A DNA stretch of 63,854 nt, filler included, from Octopus bimaculoides (GCF_001194135.2; 6 parts of 6 records of this genome joined end to end with filler, not necessarily neighbours in it); one strand, 5' to 3'. Positions 1 to 15,185 are shown, counted from the first letter of the whole stretch. Translations and numbers: made by a program. Notes: generated from the letters alone by a model not told the origin.

Positions 1-135
1 CTCTCTCTCTCTCTCTCTCCCTCTCTGTGAGACACAAGACAAAAACACACTGCAATAAGCTCTGAGAAGCAGCTTTGTTGCTGCTCCTGCTGTTTCTCTT
101 CAATGCTGTGTGTGTGTGAGCGAGTGTGTGTGCCT

Positions 136-178
<43 letters not shown>

Positions 179-589
179 TGTGTGTGTGTGTGTGTGTGTG
201 CATGTAGATGTGTGCGTGTTTGTATGCGTGTGTTACTGCGTTCAAAACCTAATGTAACAGAAAGAAACTCTGAGAGAATTGTAATCGTTATGTTTTTTCT
301 TTTATTTATTTATCATTATAATTTTTGTTACGTAATATGACAAAGAACTAAACTCGTGCCTTCTGTGCATTCATCATGTTACGTTCTCAAAATATTGACA
401 AAATCTTGAAAAAAATCATCTGGAAAATATCTTTAAAACCTCGCTCGAACATACTGATCAATGGATCAATGTAAAAATAAGAATACTATCCTTCATGCAT
501 CATTTTAAACCTTTACAATTCTGTGATGCTGTTTCTGGGTAAATCTCTAGAATTCTCACAGAAAGGGTAGTATCTGATTTTGTCTTTTT

Positions 590-980
590 TCCTTTTGTTT
601 GTCTCAGTCATTTGACTGCGACCATGCTGGGGCACCGCCTTGTATAATTTTTAGTCGAATGAAACGATCACAGTACTTTGCTTTTATTTTCAACCTGGTA
701 CTTATTCTATCGGTTACTTATTGCCGAACCGCAACGTTGTGGGACGTAAGCATACTAACGCCGGTTGTCAAGCAGTGATGGAGGACAAACACACAGAGAT
801 ACATATGTATATATAAGACAGGCTTCTTTCAGTTTCCGTTTGCCAAATTCACCCACAAGGCTTTGGTCGGGCCGAGGCTATATTAAAAGTAACACTTCCC
901 AAAGGCGTCACACAGTGGAACTGAACCCAGAACCATGTGGCTGTGAAGCAAACTTCTTACTACACATCCACGCCTGCGCT
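590..980 (-). mobile_element. tRNA-derived SINE, family A (central CCTTGGGCAAGTG CORE-like motif)
   Basis: Reverse complement of the copy at 48578-48960; tRNA-like head at the right end. Confidence 0.7.
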
Positions 981-2280
981 TATATATCAATGCTTTCTAA
1001 TATAGGTACAAGGCCTGAAAATTTGTGGAGAGGTTTTGATTGATCACATCAACCCCTATGCTCCACTGCTACTTTATTTTATCAACATCGAAAGTGGTGA
1101 AACACAATGTCAACCTCGGCAGAATTTGACCTCAGAAAGAAACCCGGAAGAAATGCCGGTCAGCGTTTTGTCCGACGGTGCAACGATTCTGCTATCTCAG
1201 TGATTTCAAGTTTTGACACAAGGTTAGCAAGAGGACAGGGTAAGTCGATTTCATTGACCTCAGATCTTGAGCAATACTTTATTTTATCGACTGCGAACGA
1301 ATGAAAGACAAAGGTGACCTCGGCGATATTTGAACTCTGAACGTAAATGTGGAAGAATTTTGTTGGGAGCGGTAATGATTCTGCCAGTTAACCATCTTAA
1401 TGGAATATGTTAATTGTTAGCCTTTCAGCGACCGACACCCTATTCGTTATACAACTGCATCTAGGAAGAGTTTTGATAGATACCTTATTTACGACGAGAT
1501 AAGAGTCATGTCATTGCAGCCATTTGAAGAACAAGATTCTTCAAATAATTCTCCTGCTAAATTTTTGAATAATTAAATCACTGTGATATAATTTTTAAAA
1601 TAAAACGTTACTATCAAAATAAAAATTAAAAAAAAAAAATAAACAATTGCTTTTAATTTGTAACTTACATATTTTGTCAAAGATAAGGAAAAGGAACGCT
1701 GATTATTTGATATTTGAGACCTAAAGAAATAACTAGAAATTAAAGAAATTAACTGACATATTTTTTTTATTTCTATCTTTTATCTTTTACTTATTTCAGT
1801 TTTAGGAACACAATTGCTGATCTACAAATGGTTTATGAAGAAAAAGAAGAAAAAAGCACACTTTCTATGACTGTCTTCTCAACTATATTTTCCATCTCCA
1901 AGACGTCACACTTCGTAAAATGTTTAATCTAATTTTAATTTATAAGCCTTGAGTTGTGTCATGCTGACAATTTCTAAATGGCGCTATACATAATTACCGA
2001 CGGCTAAAAATTTTAAGATTTTTGCTAATGAGTCAGAAAAATAAATAAATAGATGAATAAATATGCACATTCTGTGCATTATTTTCCTCGTTGTTCGATT
2101 TAAAATTCAAACATTTAATCTAGAAACGATTATCTCCCTTACAATCACTGGCCACCAGAATACACTTCGGGTTTGAAACAACTTTTTGCATTCTGTTTAT
2201 TAAAGACAATTGACAACGAAGCGGCATCTGATATGACGGAAGACGTAAATGTAAATGGTGATCCTTGTACTATGTATTTC

Positions 2281-2507
2281 TTTATTCCCCACAGGGGGTT
2301 AATCATAGAGGGGACAAACAAGGACAGACAACGGGACTAAGTCGATTACATCGACTCCAGTGCGTAACTGGTACTTATTTTATCGACTCCGAATGGATGA
2401 AAGGCAAAGTCGACCTCGGTGAAATTTGAACTCAGAACGTAAGTGCAGATGAGATACTGCTAAGTATTTCGCCCGGCGTGCTAACGATTCTGCCAGCTCG
2501 CCGCCTT
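2281..2507 (-). mobile_element. tRNA-derived SINE, family B (GGCGGCGAGCTGGCAGAATCGTTAGC head)
   Basis: Near full-length copy; more than 15 related copies or fragments across the window on both strands. Confidence 0.8.
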
Positions 2508-3003
2508 GTAGTGTTGTCTAATAACGTTAGAAATCATCATCATGCGATATCTGATATCGAACTAATTGGATTAAATGTCTTCTAAATTTTTCTAAATCTG
2601 TAACACTCACACGCACCGGCACACACACACACATACACATACACACACACTCACACTCACACAATACACACACACACACACATGTACATAAAATATGCAT
2701 GCACCAAACATCAATTTCTAAAAACAACTAGTGAAGTGAAATTTTGTAGCAACACCAAATGGCGGTGCTGCAGCATGGCCACAGCTCATGAACTGAAACT
2801 AGATTAAATCAATTTTTTAAAAAATGATATAATACATAATATATATATTCTCATGCACAAAAGACACCAGTGCCAATGTTCCCATGAGGCACGCTCGAAC
2901 AATTGTAAAATCTCCCTCGTATACATGAAACCATTGGTAGCCATAACACTCGTCTTCAATGTTCAATATGAGAATAATCGCTTTCTCTCTGTCTGTCTAT
3001 CTG

Positions 3004-3039
<36 letters not shown>

Positions 3040-3195
3040 ATATATTTATATATTACTTTAGTATTTCTGTCACATAAGACCATGAGCTGAACCAAGAATA
3101 TCTTGCTTCAGTTTATATTGGCAGAGTACAGGTTCCAGGCCTGTGTAGGTTTGGGCGGGAAGCCATCAATGTTACATGCATATACATACACATTC

Positions 3196-3232
<37 letters not shown>

Positions 3233-3494
3233 ATATATACACACGCATCTTTACATACACACACACATACATATATATACTTACCCACATAAATATATGT
3301 GTATGTGTGTCGTATATTTTCGCCTCTAATACTATTAATGTTCATATTTTCACTCTCTTCTCTAACCGAATCTGTAGAATTATATTTAGAGGACGCTCGT
3401 CCATTGATGTGTGAATAAATTTATGATAGAAAGGTGAGCTGCATAAAAATATATTTTGGTTTCAATAAGCGCATATATATTTACAGATATGTTC

Positions 3495-3530
<36 letters not shown>

Positions 3531-3967
3531 TCGTGTGTTTGTGTGTGTGTGTGTGNNNNNNNNNNNNNNNNNNNNNNNNNNNNNNNNNNNNNNNNNNNNN
3601 NNNNNNNNNNNNNNNNNNNNNNNNNNNNNNNNNNNNNNNNNNNNNNNNNNNNNNNNNNNNNNNNNNNNNNNNNNNNNNNNNNNNNNNNNNNNNNNNNNNN
3701 NNNNNNNNNNNNNNNNNNNNNNNNNNNNNNNNNNNNNNNNNNNNNNNNNNNNNNNNNNNNNNNNNNNNNNNNNNNNNNNNNNNNNNNNNNNNNNNNNNNN
3801 NNNNNNNNNNNNNNNNNNNNNNNNNNNNNNNNNNNNNNNNNNNNNNNNNNNNNNNNNNNNNNNNNNNNNNNNNNNNNNNNNNNNNNNNNNNNNNNNNNNN
3901 NNNNNNNNNNNNNNNNNNNNNNNNNNNNNNNNNNNNNNNNNNNNNNNNNNNNNNNNNNNNNNNNNNN

Positions 3968-4005
<38 letters not shown>

Positions 4006-4156
4006 GGACACCCACACATACATATATACATACATACATACACACATACATACATACATACATACATACATGCATACATATTGCTCGCATATAAGTACAT
4101 ATGTAAAAATATGATGTTGCATAACATTATTTCAGTGAGATAAATTGAGAACGAGT

Positions 4157-4201
<45 letters not shown>

Positions 4202-5799
4202 TGAGAAAAAGTGAGAGAAAGTGAGACAGATAGATAGACAGAGAAGAGACTGACTGATTGGTAGACAGAGAGATTGTGAGAAGTGAGGAAGAAGGTGCCC
4301 CCACCACCACGTCACAGTTAGAAGATATGATAAACAGATGTAGTGTGTACTTACTGTTGTATCTGAGTTCAGCTCTAAATAAAGACATTTCACAAATGAC
4401 CATCCCATCTTATTTTCTGCACTCAGTATGTTCTGGTTAACATTATCCAACAGGTCTTGCCTGTTCAAAGATAATAAGATGCGATTTAATAGGAATTTGG
4501 TTGCTGTTTCAAGCAAGTGCATCATCCACATAGAGGCTCCTTGTTAGCCCAGTACTTGTTTTTTAAGCCTGGTACTTATTTTATAGGTCTTTCCTTCCAA
4601 ACTGCTTCATCATGGGGTCGCAAACATACAAACTCCGGTTCTTAGTCGGTCATGGGGTATAAACAGAGCCACAAAGACAGACAGACAGACACACACACAC
4701 AGACACGCAAACAAACACGAACACATATATATAGACAGAGAGAGTGAGAGAAAGAGCGATAGAGAGAGTGAGAGAAAGAGCGATAGAGAGAGTGAGAGAA
4801 AGAGCGATAGAGAGAGTGAGAGACCGAGAGAGTGTGAGAGAGAGTGAGTGAGAGAGAGAGAGAGAGAGAGNNNNNNNNNNNNNNNNNNNNNNNNNNNNNN
4901 NNNNNNNNNNNNNNNNNNNNNNNNNNNNNNNNNNNNNNNNNNNNNNNNNNNNNNNNNNNNNNNNNNNNNNNNNNNNNNNNNNNNNNNNNNNNNNNNNNNN
5001 NNNNNNNNNNNNNNNNNNNNNNNNNNNNNNNNNNNNNNNNNNNNNNNNNNNNNNNNNNNNNNNNNNNNNNNNNNNNNNNNNNNNNNNNNNNNNNNNNNNN
5101 NNNNNNNNNNNNNNNNNNNNNNNNNNNNNNNNNNNNNNNNNNNNNNNNNNNNNNNNNNNNNNNNNNNNNNNNNNNNNNNNNNNNNNNNNNNNNNNNNNNN
5201 NNNNNNNNNNNNNNNNNNNNNNNNNNNNNNNNNNNNNNNNNNNNNNNNNNNNNNNNNNNNNNNNNNNNNNNNNNNNNNNNNNNNNNNNNNNNNNNNNNNN
5301 NNNNNNNNNNNNNNNNNNNNNNNNNNNNNNNNNNNNNNNNNNNNNNNNNNNNNNNNNNNNNNNNNNNNNNNNNNNNNNNNNNNNNNNNNNNNNNNNNNNN
5401 NNNNNNNNNNNNNNNNNNNNNNNNNNNNNNNNNNNNNNNNNNNNNNNNNNNNNNNNNNNNNNNNNNNNNNNNNNNNNNNNNNNNNNNNNNNNNNNNNNNN
5501 NNNNNNNNNNNNNNNNNNNNNNNNNNNNNNNNNNNNNNNNNNNNNNNNNNNNNNNNNNNNNNNNNNNNNNNNNNNNNNNNNNNNNNNNNNNNNNNNNNNN
5601 NNNNNNNNNNNNNNNNNNNNNNNNNNNNNNNNNNNNNNNNNNNNNNNNNNNNNNNNNNNNNNNNNNNNNNNNNNNNNNNNNNNNNNNNNNNNNNNNNNNN
5701 NNNNNNNNNNNNTTTTTTTTTTTTTTTTTTTTTTTTGTTATTTATAATTCAAACATTTCTCATCGGGATAATTAGCAAACTAAAGTATTGGAACAATCG

Positions 5800-6009
5800 A
5801 ATAATATTGGTATCAAATGTTGGCACAATGCCAGAAATTTCGGGAGAGGGGATAAATTGATTATATCGACCCCAGTTTTCAACTGGTACTAATTTTATCG
5901 ACCCCGAAAGGATGAAAGGCAAAGTCTAAGCATTTCGCCCGGCGTTCTAACGATTCCGTCAGCTGGCCGCCTTCATGATGATAATAGTAATAATAATAAC
6001 AATAATAAC

Positions 6010-6042
<33 letters not shown>

Positions 6043-6420
6043 CCTTTCTATTATAGGCACAAGGCCTGAAATATTTGGGAGGGGACTAGTGCTTCACTAC
6101 TTCTTAATTTATCGACCCCGAAAGGATGAAAGACAAAGTGGACCTCGGTGGAATTTGAACTCGGAACGTAGCGACATACGAAATACCTATTTCTTTACTG
6201 CCCACAAGGGGCTAAACACAGAGGGAACAAACAAGAACAGACGAACGGATTAAGTCGATTACGTCGACCCCAGTGCGTAACTGGTACTTAATTTATCGAC
6301 CCCGAAAGGATGGAAGGCAAAGTGGACCTCGGTGGAATTTGAACTCGGAACGTAGCGACATACGAAATACCGTTAAGCATTTCGCCCGGCGTGCTAACGA
6401 TTCTGCCAGCTCGCCACCAT
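5800..6420 (-). mobile_element. Cluster of family B SINE copies including an internal tandem duplication
   Basis: 6105-6187 and 6289-6371 are near-identical and share private variants. Confidence 0.75.
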
Positions 6421-6896
6421 AACAACTGCTCTCACAAACGGGAATACTGAAAATGAACCCGATCGCTCTCACAAATTAAGTAAAAAAAAAAAAAAGGGAA
6501 AAATAATCCAGAATTCTTGTCCGGTACCAGATCGATCCAAAAATCTAATTATTTCATGCCAGTCACAAGGTCAGACATCCCTAAAAGTTTCATCCGAAAC
6601 CATCCAGCGGTTCTTGAGATATCTTGTCCACGGACAAACAAACAAATAAACACGGCTGAAAACAGTACTTCTGCCTTTGCTAAGGCGAAGTTAATAATGC
6701 ATGATAACTAAGGCATCCAGATGACAGAATCGCTCCCACCCAGGTTTACTTTTTTGGGGTCGATAAAATATGTACCAGGTTAGTATTGGGGATCAATGTA
6801 ATCGACTCATCCCCTCCCTAAAAAATTACGGGCCTTGTTCCGAAATTTAAAGCCATTTTGATATTCAACAATATTATATAAATTTAATATTATAGT

Positions 6897-7085
6897 GGCG
6901 GTGAGCCAGCAGAAACGTTAGCACTCCGGTCAAAATGCTTAGCGGCATTTCGTCCGTCTTTACGTTCTGAGTTCAAATTCTGCCGAGGCCCACCTTGCAT
7001 TTCATCCAGTTGGTAAAATAAATACTAATTTATTCCTGGGTTCGATGCAATCGACCTATTTTCACCCCTAAAAAATTACTGGCCA
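6897..7085 (+). mobile_element. Family B SINE
   Basis: GGCGGTGAGCCAGCAGAAACGTTAGC head and GTTCAAATTC B-box-like motif. Confidence 0.7.
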
Positions 7086-8656
7086 TCGTAATATACGATA
7101 ATAGTATATAAATTTACTATCATATGATATCGTACATTATAGCACGGTGTAAAATAATTATCAATGTTTCAATGACAACAAATAAATAAATGTTGACACA
7201 TCCTAACAAATTCTTAACGATATCAGAAAACAAAGAATTCTTTAATTATGATACAGCTGACTTGAGGGAGCAACTGACCAGAATGGTCAGAAAATTCATT
7301 GTTGTGTTACCAAATTAATGTCTGGAAGAACCTAATGAAGTTATATATATANNNNNNNNNNNNNNNNNNNNNNNNNNNNNNNNNNNNNNNNNNNNNNNNN
7401 NNNNNNNNNNNNNNNNNNNATATATATATATATATATATAGGACTAAGATTATATTTTAGCTAATTACTTTGTTTTTGTTCAGTTCCAGTCAATAATAAT
7501 GAAAATACGTCACGTTACACTTAATAAATTTCCTCTCTTGTATTCTTAACAATATCATTATTAAGTCAATGAGATAGTCTGTAAATGGTCTATCGACTGT
7601 TTAGAAATACCAGTTAAATATCCTATGTCATACTTTATCGTCTTAAAAAAATGAAGGACGCGTAAGGTGATATTCTAAATGTTCCATAAGAAATAAGACA
7701 CGTGGCCTAGTAGTTAAGATGATGTGCTTTTGATCCTAGCGTCGTGGTTTCAATTTCTGAACCGAGCGATGCGTTGTGTGCTTGAGACAAATACTTCTTT
7801 TCACTTTGCTTCTATCTAATCTGCTGTGAGTGTGTAACCCTGCGAATGGACTGGCGTTTCTTACGTGAGGGAGTGTTGTCATCCTGGTTGCTTTGCGCCA
7901 TGGAAACCGGGTAGATGTCCTTATGAGTCCCACCACACGGGACGACAATGTCCAGGAATTGATGCTTACAATGGTAATGATAGTTACGGGTGCTACAATG
8001 TTTTTGGTCATAAATCTCTTACGTTAGGACACTCCTTCATCTACTTCACTTTAAATTAACAATTATTACAACAATGACAATACTATCGTTGGGTGTTACA
8101 GAATATAGACTTGTCAGTTTTACAAAATAAAAATGTCTTATTGAAATAGTGTTCCGTAAATTTTGTTATTTTATTTGTACAAATTGTTGTCTAATTCATT
8201 ACTGTCGAATTAATATCCTTCATTAGTTCTTTCTCATTTATTTTAGAGCTTTTTAATTATTATTATTGCAATCTATTTCTCTCCCTCTCAATTAACCGGA
8301 TACTATTGTATATGTATGTGTGAATGTGCGTGTATTTATGTATGTACATTTGTATATGTCTATGTGTGGTGTGTGTGTGTGTGGGGGGGGGGATAATGCA
8401 TGTATGCTTCAATATATATGTATATAGCTATGTATGCATATATATGCATGTGTATATGGATCTATGTATGTACAAAGTTGAATGAAAAATAATTAAAAAT
8501 TAAAAATAAGAATTGCATTTCTGACTCAAACTATTATCTATGAATGTATGTACATATGTGTAGCCATACGTATGTATGTATGCTTGCATGTATGTATGTA
8601 TGTATGTATGTATGTATGTATGTTTGTATATATATATATATGTATGTATGTATATA

Positions 8657-8689
<33 letters not shown>

Positions 8690-8695
<6 letters not shown>

Positions 8696-8794
8696 CATTA
8701 GTCAATTTATTTCAAAGGGGAAAGAACCGGTTTCGAAACTAGATACAAGGCTCCTTCATTGGAATTTCAACAACATCAACAGGGTACTTTTGTA

Positions 8795-8836
<42 letters not shown>

Positions 8837-9128
8837 GATTTGTATGTTTTGCTTTATGTATGTATTCTCATGCATATTGTTCCATATCTAGACATGCACA
8901 TATATTTTTAAATGATAAATTTCTGGAAAGTTTTACAGATTTCTACAGTTCCAGTGATGGACTGGATCTGTAATCTTTGAATCAGCTTTTCTTTTCTGGT
9001 TTTGAGAAGCCTGATTTCTCAAGATTGGTCTTTAGGCAGTTGTTTACATAACCCAGGGCTACAATAATTACAGGTATAAACCTGAACTCGATAGCGTAGA
9101 TGTAGATTCCTCAATAGTTCAGAGCAAC
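8690..9128 (-). mobile_element. 3' end of an RLE-type non-LTR retrotransposon (second family)
   Basis: Minus-strand translation ends ...KTRKEKLIQRLQIQSITGTVEICKTFQKFII*, typical of the RLE C-terminus. The 3' UTR is interrupted by (TA)n. Confidence 0.6.
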
Positions 9129-9817
9129 GTATGTATGTGTGTGTGTATGTATTTATCTATGAATGTATGTAAGTATGTATGTACGAATGTATGTGTGTAT
9201 GTGTGTCTTTGTATGTATGTATGTATGTATGTATGTATGTATGTATGTATGTATTTCTGATCCTGAATAGAGTTTCAGCGCTTGCTTTATACAGACATCT
9301 GTGCTATAGCAAAATACATTTTTCTTACGAAGAGAAAAACAGGAAAAAGAGAAAGAAAATACGAGTGGAAGGTCTTGTTCTTTGCGTCAACCTTTGTACA
9401 ACCTTGCTCCCTTGATATTTTAAGAAGTTCTTGTGGAGCTTTATTATCTCAGATGTCCAGCACATCTGTAGTGTATGAATTATGGAGCCACGCGAGTGCA
9501 TGAGAATAAAGAGCGATTGACAGCAAACGATGGTAGAAAACTATAGAGGGAGAATTAAATGTTGCAGAATGGAACTGGAAGAAAGAAGAATGAAATATGG
9601 TGGAAAAAGAAAAAAAAAAAAGAAACCTTGATCAAGATCCATAACAACATTGGGGCTGCCAAAATTATATTCGAAAATATCTGCGGTTATGTTTATTGCA
9701 TTATATTTGGTCTAGAATTCGAGGAAAGAATAAATCGTCGTGCAATAAGCTTCATTATTATATTTAGAAAGAAATGTCCTTTTCATATGCACATTTGATA
9801 ACGAATAATAGCCAATA

Positions 9818-9936
<119 letters not shown>

Positions 9937-10023
9937 CACACGCGCGCACACACACACACAAAAGTAAACACACCTGTGTATGTGTATCTATATACATACT
10001 ATATATACATCTATATATATATG

Positions 10024-10054
<31 letters not shown>

Positions 10055-10456
10055 TCACGAATATATATTTATATACATATAAGAGGTAATGGTATCGAAA
10101 AGACCCAAGATAACAGGTAAGGCTATGTAAGTGCTACGGGAAGACCGTAGTCAGACTCGGGTCGATAATGATATAAGTTCGGAGTCTAATGCGGGTCTTT
10201 TGTGAGCGTGTATATGTTAAATGAAATGAGACAGCAAAACCAAGGCTCGTTTTCTGTCTTCGCCTTTATGTTTTCGTTTCTCATTGTGTTTAACGTTTAT
10301 TTGCGATGTCCTGTACCCATATATGCATGTATGCATACATATAGATGTAGGTATGTACATATATGTATGGATATATGCATATGTTTATATATCATTTATG
10401 TTATATATATATATGTATGTATATATATGAATATATATAAAATGATTAATACGGAG

Positions 10457-10778
10457 GACGGAGTGTAACTAGAAGCTTTACTAGTACAACAATCGCTTCG
10501 GCTTCATTCTGCACTGCATCACAGAGGGTGTGAGACGATGTAATGACATCAGATGCAACGCACACTGCAGTAAGCCTAATAAAGTGACGCAACATGCTTC
10601 AAAGGTTACTAGATTTACATTTCGTTAACTTTTGAGGGATGAAACGTCAGCTGATGAGGCTTTCTGCGCTGTGCGTTGCATCTGATGTCATTACATTGCC
10701 CCACACCCACTATGGAGCAGTTCAAAAAGAAGCCGAAACGATTGTTGTGCTAATAAAGTTTCTAGTTGTACACCGTCT
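10457..10778. mobile_element. Imperfect foldback element resembling inverted Penelope-like pseudo-LTR ends
   Basis: Arms 10457-10578 and 10657-10778 are reverse complements. The right arm has CTGATGAG...CGAAAC...AATAAA. Confidence 0.55.
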
Positions 10779-11297
10779 CATTTAAAATATACCCTACGCG
10801 CACCTAGGAATTCCGGACGCAGATTCAGCGACTAGCCAAAAGTGGTGAATTTGTGCTGCAGGCACACTACTGGCACTTAGACTGCAACAAGGCTTCGATA
10901 CTGTATTTAATGACTCCTTTCTAAACCTTGATTTTTAAATTTCTTAATTTTAAATTCAACTCATCTATCTCTCCCTATATATATGTGTGTGTGTGTGTAT
11001 GTATGTGAAAAGACAAATGAAAACGTTAATAGAAAAGGGAAAATTCACAAATAAACCAGGAAATCCTCTCATCTGCCATGTGCGCCAAACCAGAGCACAA
11101 TTTCGGTGCGTTTAAATTTCAACCCGTCTGGTTGCACGTGTGATATATGGAATATCATGAAGTTAATGGACAAACAAGAGCTAAAAGTGAACGACGAAAC
11201 AAAAGATACATATGAATATATATATATTTATATAATGAATAACAAATACATATATATATATATACGCGTATGTGTGTGTGTCTGTGTGTGTCTATGA

Positions 11298-11329
<32 letters not shown>

Positions 11330-12302
11330 CGTATAATCATGTGTACAAGTATATATATACGACTTCTATTATTATGTTTCGAGCGTCACGTATAATTGCT
11401 AATTAACTGCTATACTGAGTATTGTTACCAGTTAGGAGCTACAGAGCAAATGTAGGAAAAATAAGGATGAACGCAAGTATATGTCAAAGTTCCTGTTAAA
11501 GTCCCTACGCACGTTTCACCATAATGGTTGTTTGGAGCCCTGCGATCGAAGTCCAAAATGTATTTAGTTGATAAACTACAACGGATCCTAAGGTAACACT
11601 AGTACCAAATCACAGATATATTTATCTGTAAATATATATGTGTGTGTGTATTTGAGTGCGTGTGCGTGTGTGTATACTTATGTCCACCTGTATAAAATGC
11701 CCTTTGTGATTTTAATCTAAATACCACCTGTACTTTCATTTTGCAGGAATTCTCATACATTTAAAAAATTGTGTGACCACGCTTCTCTTCCTTTAATCTT
11801 GGATAAAATATGTTAACATTACAGCAAGGATGTTCTGTGCATGGCGTCTAATACCAATGTATGACTACAATATATCAATGTATATTGTTACATTGTCAGA
11901 AAGTATGGTCAAACATACAAGTATGTATGTATTTATGTGTGTATGTATGTATGCATGTACGTATGTTTGTATGTATTTATGTATCCATGTTTGTATGTAT
12001 TTATGTATGTATGCATGTATGGATGTATGTATGTGTGTATGTATGTGTGTATGTTTGTATGCATGCATGCATGCATGTATGTACGTATGTATGTATGTAT
12101 ATTGCTACCGTGGCTGTTTTTATTTATTGGATTGTAGCTCCTTTCTTTTTGTTCATTCTCATGACTGCTCAGCTGCTTATTAATGGTGTCTATGCCATTC
12201 AACCTTTCGAGGCCGATAAAATAAATACCAGTTAAACACTGGGATCAATGTAATCGACTTACACCTCCTCAAAATTGCTGGCCTGGTGCCAAAATTTGTA
12301 GC

Positions 12303-12916
<614 letters not shown>

Positions 12917-13432
12917 NNNNNNNNNNNNNNNNNNNNNNNNNNNNNNNNNNNNNNNNNNNNNNNNNNNNNNNNNNNNNNNNNNNNNNNNNNNNNNNNNNNN
13001 NNNNNNNNNNNNNNNNNNNNNNNNNNNNNNNNNNNNNNNNNNNNNNNNNNNNNNNNNNNNNNNNNNNNNNNNNNNNNNNNNNNNNNNNNNNNNNNNNNNN
13101 NNNNNNNNNNNNNNNNNNNNNNNNNNNNNNNNNNNNNNNNNNNNNNNNNNNNNNNNNNNNNNNNNNNNNNNNNNNNNNNNNNNNNNNNNNNNNNNNNNNN
13201 NNNNNNNNNNNNNNNNNNNNNNNNNNNNNNNNNNNNNNNNNNNNNNNNNNNNNNNNNNNNNNNNNNNNNNNNNNNNNNNNNNNNNNNNNNNNNNNNNNNN
13301 NNNNNNNNNNNNNNNNNNNNNNNNNNNNNNNNNNNNNNNNNNNNNNNNNNNNNNNNNNNNNNNNNNNNNNNNNNNNNNNNNNNNNNNNNNNNNNNNNNNN
13401 NNNNNNNNNNNNNNNNNNNNNNNNNNNNNNNN

Positions 13433-14470
13433 TTGCAGCCCCTATTTTTTCCATGTACTCCTCAAGATTTTTAGTCACTGTTCCCAGGGCTCCGACAATT
13501 GACCACAACTGCTTAACCTCCCAAGCTAATCTGTTATATCTATCGACTTTTCTTTCCTCCTTATCGCATACCTTGTCAGCTGGGTATGCTATATCTATGA
13601 TCCAGCATAGTTTGTTTTCTTTCTCAATTAACACTATGTCTGGCTTCCTATTCTCTATCTCATGGTTGCACTGAATCATAAAATCCCATAAGATCTTTGC
13701 ATTATCATTTTCGAGGATGCTTTCGGGTTTATGTTCGTACTACGTTTTTGCTCTGTCAAGTCCATACTTGTTGCAAAGTGTCTAATGGACAATCCTTGCT
13801 AAATTGTCATGACGTCTCTGATATTCTTTCTGGCTAGTGGCGTACATCGACTGGTAATATGCCATACGGTTTCACCATTTTCTCCAAAAATTCTGCACTT
13901 ATCACTTTCTGATGTGTTGTCTATTCTGTATTTGATGTAATTCGTTCTTAGTGCTACCTCTTGGGCAGCACAGATTAGAGCCTCCGTTTCCGGTTTTATA
14001 TCACTTTTAGTCATCCATAGCCATCTTTTCTCTCTGTCTGTCTTATCTTCAACATCCCAATGAAATTGTCCATATATTCTTTTCTATATCCACCTATTTT
14101 CAGCTTCATTCATTCTCAAGTGCTTGCACAGTGCTTTCTCTTTGCAATCTTCCATCCTACACAAGCCTGAAATTCTTACTTCCATTAATAGTGGTTCTGT
14201 GGCATTTTATTACATACCGTGCTATGTTGTTTTCTTCTGCTCTAATGCTGTGTTCGCATCCAATCAGTCCTCTTCTCTCTTTTTCTTGGTATATACAGCC
14301 TGTCTCTGTCACTTTTTGGATGGAGTACCGCATATCTAGTTAGCAACTTCTTTGTCTTTCTGTCTAAGCTGTTTAGTTGGTCTACTGTCCATAGAATTAT
14401 CTCTGCTCCATATCTAAGGAGTGATATCAAAGTGACACTGGGGTAAAATATCGATGCCCATTGTACCCAT
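13433..14470 (-). mobile_element. R4/Dong-like non-LTR retrotransposon fragment (thumb, CCHC knuckle, RLE domain)
   Basis: LRYGAEII.WT...LDRKTKKLLT..LHPKSD.DRLYIPR; ETEALICAAQE.ALRTNY..KCR....ETVWHI.S.C; RKPDIVLIEKENKLCWIIDIA.P. Confidence 0.9.
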
Positions 14471-14576
14471 CATCGCTATCCATCTGATAAGGGTACACCA
14501 ATCTCATGCATTACAACCATATGTGTGCAACATAGTGATCTCATATTATTATTATTGTTGTTGTTGTTGTTAATAA

Positions 14577-14790
14577 GGAGGCGAGCTGGCAGAATCGTTA
14601 GCACGTGGGGCGAAATGCCTAGCGGCATTTCGTCAGCCGCTTCGTTCTCCGTCCAAATTCCGCAGAGGACGCATTTGCCTTTCATTTTTTTCGGAGGTCG
14701 ATAAATGAAGTACCAGTGAAACACTGGGGCTGATATGATCGACTAGTCCTGCCCCACCCTCCACAAAGCTCCGGCCTTGTGCCTTTAGCA
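14577..14790 (+). mobile_element. Family B SINE
   Basis: Standard head and body, inserted after a TAA/TTG microsatellite. Confidence 0.7.
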
Positions 14791-14814
14791 GAAAGGATTA
14801 TTATTATCATTGCT

Positions 14815-14824
14815 CCTTCTGCTG

Positions 14825-14865
<41 letters not shown>

Positions 14866-14981
14866 GCGGCTACTGCTGCTGCTGCTACTACTAATACTAC
14901 TACTATTACTACTACTGCGGCTGCTGCTGCTGCTACTACTACTACTACTACTACTACTATTACTACTACTACTACTACTAT

Positions 14982-15012
<31 letters not shown>

Positions 15013-15185
15013 GCTGCTGCTGCTTCTACAACAACTACTACTGCTACTACTACTACTACTACTACTACCACTTCTGTTGCTGCTACAACTACTACTGCTG
15101 CTGCTGCTGCTGCTACAACTACTGCTACTGCTGCGGCTGCTACAACAACAACAACAACAGCAACTACTACTACTACTACTACCGT
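14815..15185. repeat. Compound trinucleotide microsatellite (CTA/CTG/ACA)n
   Basis: Direct reading; it produces the poly-T, poly-L and poly-V pseudo-ORFs. Confidence 0.95.

Noticed and set aside
3386-5860. Long ORFs containing X runs (also near 12.7-13.7, 30.1-31.0, 42.8-44.0, 52.0-52.4 and 53.8-57.0 kb)
   Set aside because: Open only because N runs and microsatellites contain no stops.
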